Shown one piece after another: positions 58,402 to 64,000 of a DNA stretch of 64,000 nt (its first letter is position 1; each line of letters opens with the position of its first letter). The position numbers and the translations under genes were made by a program. Source of the DNA: Candidatus Nomurabacteria bacterium (GTDB taxonomy: Bacteria; Patescibacteriota; Minisyncoccia; Phycocordibacterales; UBA918); contig JACKGE010000001.1 in assembly GCA_020632155.1 (NCBI GenBank), positions 314,285 to 378,284 on the forward strand, read 5' to 3'. The notes under the pieces were generated by a model that saw nothing but the letters and a program-made list of their open reading frames with translations, did not search any database and was not told the DNA's origin.

Positions 58402-59744
58402 AACACTGGACCTTGGGTGCGTTCGGAGCAACGGCACTTGGTCTTGGTGCGGCAGGTGTCATCTGGCTGCCCGGTCTCACAACCGTTTCATACACAGCCA
58501 ACGTTGTATCGCCAGCCCAGCAGGAACGTCAAGCGGAGGCACTTTCCAGCAGTGAGCCTGATTCGATCACAGAGGTGGATAATCGACCGATTGTTAAGCA
58601 TGTTCCATTACCGAAGGCTGTTAAAGCCATCTACATGACCTCGTGCGTTGTTGGCACACCGTCATTTCGTGAGAAGTTAGTGACACTGGCTAATGAAACC
58701 GAGGTTAACAGTATTGTTATCGACATTAAAGACTTTTCGGGCACGCTCTCATTTCCGCCAGAACACGAAGAGTGGCAATCAGCTTGGCAGGAAGCACGAT
58801 GTGGTACTCGCGACATGCGGGACTTTGTGACGTCGCTACATGAGGCCGGATTATTTATTATTGGGCGTATCACTGTCTTCCAAGACCCGTTCTACACCAG
58901 TCGTCACCCTGAATTAGCAGTCAAAAAGGCTGATGGGGTGACTGTCTGGAAGGACTACAAGGGTCTCTCGTTCATTGATGTTGGTTCCAAGCCATACTGG
59001 GATCATCTTGTTATGTTGGCGGTTGATTCGTATAACGTAGGCTTTGACGAACTTAACTTCGATTATGTTCGGTACCCGTCAGACGGTCCGATGTCAGACA
59101 TCTCGTTTACGCAGTCACAGAGTTATCCAGATGACGATGACAAACAGGCAAATTTAGAGGCGTTCTTCAAGTACCTCAATGAGCGTCTTGATGACGAGTC
59201 GCTGTACGCTGCTTACAAACATGAGAACACTGGTCGCGACACCGCTACACCATGGACCAGTGCCGACCTTTTCGGCATGACCACTACCAACTACGATGAC
59301 CTATCAATCGGACAGGTGCAGGACCGCGCGGCACCATATTTTGATTTCATTGCCCCTATGGTCTACCCATCCCACTACCCAGACTCATTCCTTGGTCTTG
59401 GCGATCCTAACCTGTACCCCTATAAGGTGGTCAACTACGCCATGCAGTCAGGAGTTGACCGGATGATTGCCTCAACTACGCCAATGCAAGGCTTTTTGCA
59501 TACCCCGATATACACCACAAACGCCAGTGGTACTAAGGAATTCACCGGCCGCTACGAAAAACCAGTGTACACGGCTGATAAATTCCGCACCTGGATACAA
59601 GATTTTGACTATGGTGGTGATTATGATGCCGCTGACGTGCGGGCTGAGATACAGGCTAGTTATGACGCGGGAGTGAACTCGTGGATGATCTGGGCATCAA
59701 GTAACATCTATACCAGAGCCGCGTTGTTAGGTCCTTCTGAATAG
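58398..59744 (+). CDS. Secreted putative glycoside-hydrolase-like protein (GHL10 / DUF4015-like TIM-barrel)
   Basis: N-terminal anchor/signal, then ...AIYMTSCVVGT...NSIVIDIKDFSGT...FIIGRITVFQDP...GFDELNFDYVRYP... typical of the DUF4015 / YngK-like family. Confidence 0.5.
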   Translation: MKHWTLGAFGATALGLGAAGVIWLPGLTTVSYTANVVSPAQQERQAEALSSSEPDSITEVDNRPIVKHVPLPKAVKAIYMTSCVVGTPSFREKLVTLANETEVNSIVIDIKDFSGTLSFPPEHEEWQSAWQEARCGTRDMRDFVTSLHEAGLFIIGRITVFQDPFYTSRHPELAVKKADGVTVWKDYKGLSFIDVGSKPYWDHLVMLAVDSYNVGFDELNFDYVRYPSDGPMSDISFTQSQSYPDDDDKQANLEAFFKYLNERLDDESLYAAYKHENTGRDTATPWTSADLFGMTTTNYDDLSIGQVQDRAAPYFDFIAPMVYPSHYPDSFLGLGDPNLYPYKVVNYAMQSGVDRMIASTTPMQGFLHTPIYTTNASGTKEFTGRYEKPVYTADKFRTWIQDFDYGGDYDAADVRAEIQASYDAGVNSWMIWASSNIYTRAALLGPSE

Positions 59745-59790
59745 TGACGATACTGTTAACGACACGGTGTAAGAGTGATTCTGTTATACT

Positions 59791-61752
59791 ATGACCATGT
59801 CATACGATCCGGAGCGAATCACATTCTTTGCGCAAACAGACGCGCGCGGTAAGAATTTGCCCTTTGGTATCAAGGCCAAGGATCGTTCCCGCCATGTCTA
59901 CGTCATTGGTAAGACGGGTATGGGTAAATCGACCTTGCTCGAAAACATGGCTATTCAAGATATTCGCAATGGCGAGGGCGTTGCCTTTATCGACCCCCAT
60001 GGTCAGACTGCGGAAACCCTTCTCAATTACGTGCCGGAAGAACGCATCAAAGATGTGCTCTACTTTGCTCCGTTTGATATGGAGCACCCGGTCTCATTCA
60101 ATGTCATGGAAGACGTTGGTCCTGATAAGCGCCACTTGGTCGTCTCTGGCCTCATGTCGGTATTTGAGAAGATCTGGGTGGACGCGTGGAGCGCCCGTAT
60201 GGCGTACATTCTCCAGAACACACTGATGGCGCTCCTTGAGTATCCAGATTCGACCCTTCTTGGAGTGAACCGCATGCTATCGGACAAAAACTACCGCAAG
60301 AAGGTCGTTGATAATATTCAGGACCCGTCGGTAAAGTCATTCTGGGTAGACGAATTTGCCAAGTACAACGAACGGTACATGCAGGAAGCGGGAGACGCCA
60401 TCAAGAACAAGATCGGCCAGTTTACCGCCAACCCCCTCATCCGCAATATCATTGGTCAGCCAAAATCGAGTTTTGATATTCGCAAGATCATGGACGAGAA
60501 GAAGATCCTCATCATGAACCTCTCCAAAGGTCTCGTGGGTGAAACTAATGCCAACCTGCTTGGCTCGATGCTTACGACCCGCATTTATCTTGCAGCCATG
60601 AGCCGCGCTGATATGCCATATCAGCAGCTGCAGCAAATGCCGAATTTCTACTTTTATGTGGACGAGTTCCAGTCGTTTGCCAATGCTACCTTTGCGGACA
60701 TTCTTTCCGAGGCACGAAAGTACAAACTCAATCTCACCATTGCCCACCAGTATATCGAGCAGATGGAAGAAGAAGTCAAGAACGCGGTCTTTGGTAACGT
60801 CGGTACGATTATCTCATTTCGAGTCGGTCCGTTTGATGCTGAGGTGCTCGAGACCATCTTTGCACCGAAATTCACCGCTGTTGATATTGTTAACCTCGGT
60901 TTTGCACAAGTTTATATGACGCTCATGATCGACGGCATTGGCTCAGCGCCATTTTCTGCCACCACTATACCGCCACTGCAGCACCACGGTTTGTCGTACA
61001 AAGATGTTGTGGTTGATTCGAGTCGCAAACAATTTGCCCATGGTCGCAAAGAGGTAGAAGAGGCCATTTTCGGTTGGCACGAGATTGGTGAGGGTGACGA
61101 TAAAAATAAAAAGATCGCAGACTCTAAACGACTATCCGGTGATACTAAGCAGCGAACAGAACGGCCAAAGGAAGATAGGGGGAAGAATAGAGACAGAGAC
61201 AGAGACACACATAAAGACCGTTCACAGTCACGTAGTGGTGTGAACGATGCTAAAAGTAGTAGATCAGAACGACCACATACCAATAGTGAGCGACCAACAA
61301 AGCGTCCAGAGCGCGATAGCGAGAAGAAGTCACAACCTACGACCCCAAACAAAGATCTTACTGAGCTTCGTTCTATTCTCGCCACCATAGCCAAGCCGCA
61401 GAACGCTAATGCAGCCGAAAAGTCCAGTGATTCCCGTGGTCCAAGTGCTTCGAAAGAAAAGTCACCCGCTCAAAGCGCAGCTGCGGCGGACAACAAACAA
61501 GACCTACGAAGTGTCCTTGCTGGTGTGATAGGTAGTGCAACTGGAGAAAAACCCCAATCCATCGAAGAAAAAAAAGAGTCGCCGTCATCAAACCAAGCAC
61601 CAAAACCAGGCAACGCTGCAGTGGCGCAGTCTGTACCTATTGATACACAACCAAAACAATCATCAGCGCCGGAGAATACTTCCGAACTAGACCCCAAACA
61701 ACTCGAACGGATGATGCGTGTGACTACTAGCGATAGATCACCCCTTAAATAA
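59791..61752 (+). CDS. TrwB/TraD/VirD4-like coupling-protein P-loop ATPase (soluble, no N-terminal TM) with a ~230-aa disordered basic/Ser-rich C-terminal tail
   Basis: ...HVYVIGKTGMGKSTLLENMAIQDIRNGEGVAFIDPHGQ... parallels the TrwB/TraD Walker A and following Dxx(N/H)G block. Walker B-like ...FYFYVDEFQSF... The C-terminal third is K/R/D/S-rich low complexity. Confidence 0.55.
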   Translation: MTMSYDPERITFFAQTDARGKNLPFGIKAKDRSRHVYVIGKTGMGKSTLLENMAIQDIRNGEGVAFIDPHGQTAETLLNYVPEERIKDVLYFAPFDMEHPVSFNVMEDVGPDKRHLVVSGLMSVFEKIWVDAWSARMAYILQNTLMALLEYPDSTLLGVNRMLSDKNYRKKVVDNIQDPSVKSFWVDEFAKYNERYMQEAGDAIKNKIGQFTANPLIRNIIGQPKSSFDIRKIMDEKKILIMNLSKGLVGETNANLLGSMLTTRIYLAAMSRADMPYQQLQQMPNFYFYVDEFQSFANATFADILSEARKYKLNLTIAHQYIEQMEEEVKNAVFGNVGTIISFRVGPFDAEVLETIFAPKFTAVDIVNLGFAQVYMTLMIDGIGSAPFSATTIPPLQHHGLSYKDVVVDSSRKQFAHGRKEVEEAIFGWHEIGEGDDKNKKIADSKRLSGDTKQRTERPKEDRGKNRDRDRDTHKDRSQSRSGVNDAKSSRSERPHTNSERPTKRPERDSEKKSQPTTPNKDLTELRSILATIAKPQNANAAEKSSDSRGPSASKEKSPAQSAAAADNKQDLRSVLAGVIGSATGEKPQSIEEKKESPSSNQAPKPGNAAVAQSVPIDTQPKQSSAPENTSELDPKQLERMMRVTTSDRSPLK

Positions 61753-61759
61753 GCTAATC

Positions 61760-63145
61760 ATGTGGCGAAACTGGGCATTAAACACAGTGTTCGTGTTTTG
61801 TGCCGCCCCAGTAACTGCGCAGGCAGCAGTCATCATCAACGAGATCGCCTGGATGGGAACAGAAAGTTCAGCGAATGATGAGTGGATCGAGCTCTATAAC
61901 ACTGGTCCTACTGAGGTAGTACTTGATGGATGGGAAGTGTCTGATGGTATGAACCTCTCGATTGCTCTCAGTGGCACACTTTCGGCTGGTAGCCATGCCG
62001 TTCTTGAGCGAACTGATGACGATTCTGCTCACGGTGCTGCCTTTCTCATCTATACGGGGGCGCTCCCAAACACTGGTGCCACCATGCGTCTATATCGCGC
62101 TGACGGTTCAATAGAGGATCAAGTTGCAGGCGGTGAGAATTGGGAACTCATCGGTGGTGATAACGTCACCAAGGAGACGGCGCAGTATACGAGTAGTGGC
62201 TGGATAACCGCTGCTGCCACCCCCGGCCGTGAAAATGCTAGCACCGGAAGTACTGAGACTACTACAGAGACAAGTCAAGGAACAAAGACAACCACAACAT
62301 CGTCTACTGGTTCGGCAACTACCAAAGCAGTAAGTGCCGCTGACGAGCTGTCACATGAACTAACGCTCACGTTCTTGGTGCCGACTGTGGCCTACGTCGG
62401 ACAACCGGTCACTTTTACTGCTGAGGCGACTGGCCTTGGCGCCGGAGTGCTGAGTTCACTTCGCTACTCGTGGAATTTTGGTGATCTTGGTACCGCCAAA
62501 GGTGAAGAGGTGTCACATACGTATCGGTACCCTGGTAAATATATTATTAGTGCCCGTGGTGCGTACGGAGAATATGAAGCTATCAAAGAGGCAACCGTCA
62601 CTATTTTGCCAGTTGATCTCTCCATTACCCATTCGCCAACCGGTGACCTCCAGCTACATAACGATGCTAAATACACCATCGATCTCTCGCGCTTCACAGT
62701 TGCGGGTATTAAGTTGCCGGACCGGACCAAACTACTGGCGGGCAGTACGCTCACGATACCAAAACGTGACTTAGCGCCAAGTGCGCAGCTGCTCACCACG
62801 GTCTATGACAGTTCAGGCACGCTTGCCCTGATGTCAGGAGGTGAGACTACAGCGCAACCACAGAGTGAACCAACTGCTATAGCACCCTCAGTTGCGTTTG
62901 TGACACCTACTCCAGAACCGTACGTGGCGGCATCTGAGACTACTGATGGTGTCGATACACAATTTGTGTTTGCTGCTGAGGTATCAACCACCACACCTAC
63001 GGCTGCTGAAGTTAATTTTGGAGCGACTGACCAGCAGGCAGCCATAGCTGCAGCTCCCGCAACGCCTACATCGTCTCGCTGGCCGTACCTTGGCTTGGTT
63101 GGCGTTCTATTGGTAGGAAGTTTTGGTCTCTTGGTGCGGCAGTAA
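61760..63145 (+). CDS. Secreted Lamin-tail-domain (LTD) protein with a Thr-rich linker, PKD-like domain and C-terminal TM anchor
   Basis: Signal peptide, then ...AVIINEIAWMGTESSANDEWIELYNTG... (LTD hallmark), ...YSWNFGDLGTAKGEEVSHTYRYPGKYII... (PKD), and C-terminal WPYLGLVGVLLVGSFGLLVRQ. Confidence 0.6.
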   Translation: MWRNWALNTVFVFCAAPVTAQAAVIINEIAWMGTESSANDEWIELYNTGPTEVVLDGWEVSDGMNLSIALSGTLSAGSHAVLERTDDDSAHGAAFLIYTGALPNTGATMRLYRADGSIEDQVAGGENWELIGGDNVTKETAQYTSSGWITAAATPGRENASTGSTETTTETSQGTKTTTTSSTGSATTKAVSAADELSHELTLTFLVPTVAYVGQPVTFTAEATGLGAGVLSSLRYSWNFGDLGTAKGEEVSHTYRYPGKYIISARGAYGEYEAIKEATVTILPVDLSITHSPTGDLQLHNDAKYTIDLSRFTVAGIKLPDRTKLLAGSTLTIPKRDLAPSAQLLTTVYDSSGTLALMSGGETTAQPQSEPTAIAPSVAFVTPTPEPYVAASETTDGVDTQFVFAAEVSTTTPTAAEVNFGATDQQAAIAAAPATPTSSRWPYLGLVGVLLVGSFGLLVRQ

Positions 63146-63190
63146 AAAAGGCGGTAACTTTTTTCGGTTTGGATTGTTATATAAGGACAT

Positions 63191-64000
63191 ATGTCAGACA
63201 AACAGTCGATTGTGGTCGTGGGCGGTGGTACTGGTGCGTATACACTACTTTCTGGTCTTAAGGAGTATCAGGACACAATCGACATTACGGCTATTATCAA
63301 TATGTCTGACTCAGGCGGCTCTACCGGCCGCCTGCGCGACCAGTTCGGACAACTGCCGGTTGGTGACGTGCGCATGGCCTTGGCCGCGCTCGCTGACGAG
63401 AATACAGAACACGCTGGTCTGCTCCGTCAGCTTTTTATGTACCGTTTTGCTCAGGGCGACGGTCTCTCTGGGCACAGCTTTGGCAATCTCTTTTTAACTG
63501 CGCTCACTGATATCCTCGGCAGCGAAGCGGAGGCGGTTGCCGCTGCCGGAGAACTTCTTAACGTATCAGGACGGGTGGTACCAGTGACCGCCGATAACGT
63601 CCACTTAGTGGCTACCTATGATGACGGAGTAACCATAACGGGCGAACATGCAATTGATGCGCCAGCAGAGGACCGTACCGGACGGCGGATAGTGGAACTG
63701 CGAACGGAGCCGGCAGGAAGGCTCAGTGCTGAGGCAGATAAAGCGCTGCGCAACGCGGATGTTATCGTGATCGGTCCGGGCGATCTCTATTCCAGTCTGC
63801 TCGCAAATATAGTGATAGACGGTTTTGCTGAAGCAGTGGCGCGCAGTCGTGGTCGGGTAGTCTATGTTGCCAATCTGATGGAGCGCATCGGGCAGACTGA
63901 AGGCATGAGTGTCACCGATTGTACAAACGAAATCGGGCGTTATCTCGGTGTGAATCCTGATATCGTGCTTCTCAATCAGGCTGCGCTTCCAGCTGCAGTC
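63191..64000 (+). CDS. YvcK/CofD-like (UPF0052, gluconeogenesis factor / 2-phospho-L-lactate transferase family) protein; 3' end outside window
   Basis: MSDKQSIVVVGGGTGAYTLLSGLK...INMSDSGGSTGRLRDQFGQLPVGDVR... Open to the window edge. Confidence 0.7.
   Translation, partial: MSDKQSIVVVGGGTGAYTLLSGLKEYQDTIDITAIINMSDSGGSTGRLRDQFGQLPVGDVRMALAALADENTEHAGLLRQLFMYRFAQGDGLSGHSFGNLFLTALTDILGSEAEAVAAAGELLNVSGRVVPVTADNVHLVATYDDGVTITGEHAIDAPAEDRTGRRIVELRTEPAGRLSAEADKALRNADVIVIGPGDLYSSLLANIVIDGFAEAVARSRGRVVYVANLMERIGQTEGMSVTDCTNEIGRYLGVNPDIVLLNQAALPAAV

Overview
The window reads as a roughly 48% GC, Shine-Dalgarno-poor bacterial genome, probably a Candidate Phyla Radiation / Patescibacteria-type organism. 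This call rests on: unlinked rRNA genes, a 16S 3' tail without CCUCC, short proteins, Lamin-tail-domain proteins, and archaeal-type UMP kinase. Core genes present are an IleRS C-terminus, RecO, GlyRS, MetRS, TatD, a VanY-like carboxypeptidase, rpsF-ssb-rpsR, EF-P, an ECF sigma factor, RecA, FtsK, rplJ-rplL, FtsW/RodA, GT4, a polyprenyl-phosphate sugar transferase, FolD, SecD/SecF, MurD/MurC, RsmI and a partial YvcK/CofD-like gene.
The rRNA genes are split. A 23S-5S unit with its own near-consensus promoter and a ~570-nt structured leader lies at 31.7-36.2 kb. The 16S with its own promoter lies at 50.6-52.5 kb, and a stand-alone tRNA-Ile(GAT) at 53.8 kb. The 23S is about 3.7 kb long because of four insertions: three hairpin-bounded IVS/expansion segments, and a 240-nt ORF-less insert at the classical intron hotspot.
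The most striking accessory signal is a ~2-kb, ~58-62% GC cassette immediately downstream of the 5S (36.34-38.30 kb). It carries three independently terminated genes (two 75-aa single-TM proteins and a 302-aa beta-rich protein of no recognisable family), all with strong GGAG-type ribosome-binding sites, whereas almost every native gene lacks one. Other SD-bearing outliers are a Flp-pilin + prepilin-peptidase pair (the 42-aa pilin is absent from the ORF track) and ORF 56888-57370.
Further notable items:
- Two families of perfect 22-56-bp palindromes. Each is associated with a TrpR/YerC-like regulator gene. One is also embedded in-frame in murD, and a related one in rsmI.
- A ~75-nt two-part intergenic repeat (4 loci).
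- An att-like duplication of the tRNA-Ile 3' end, with ~54-nt tandem repeats.
- A lower-GC patch holding an IS200-like HUH transposase and two degenerate cell-wall hydrolase fragments (SLT, GH25).
- A Vps62/DUF946 secreted protein, an acidic PG-binding surface protein, and T4SS-flavoured genes (a VirB2/TrbC-like pilin-like protein, a soluble TrwB/VirD4-like ATPase).
No CRISPR array was seen.
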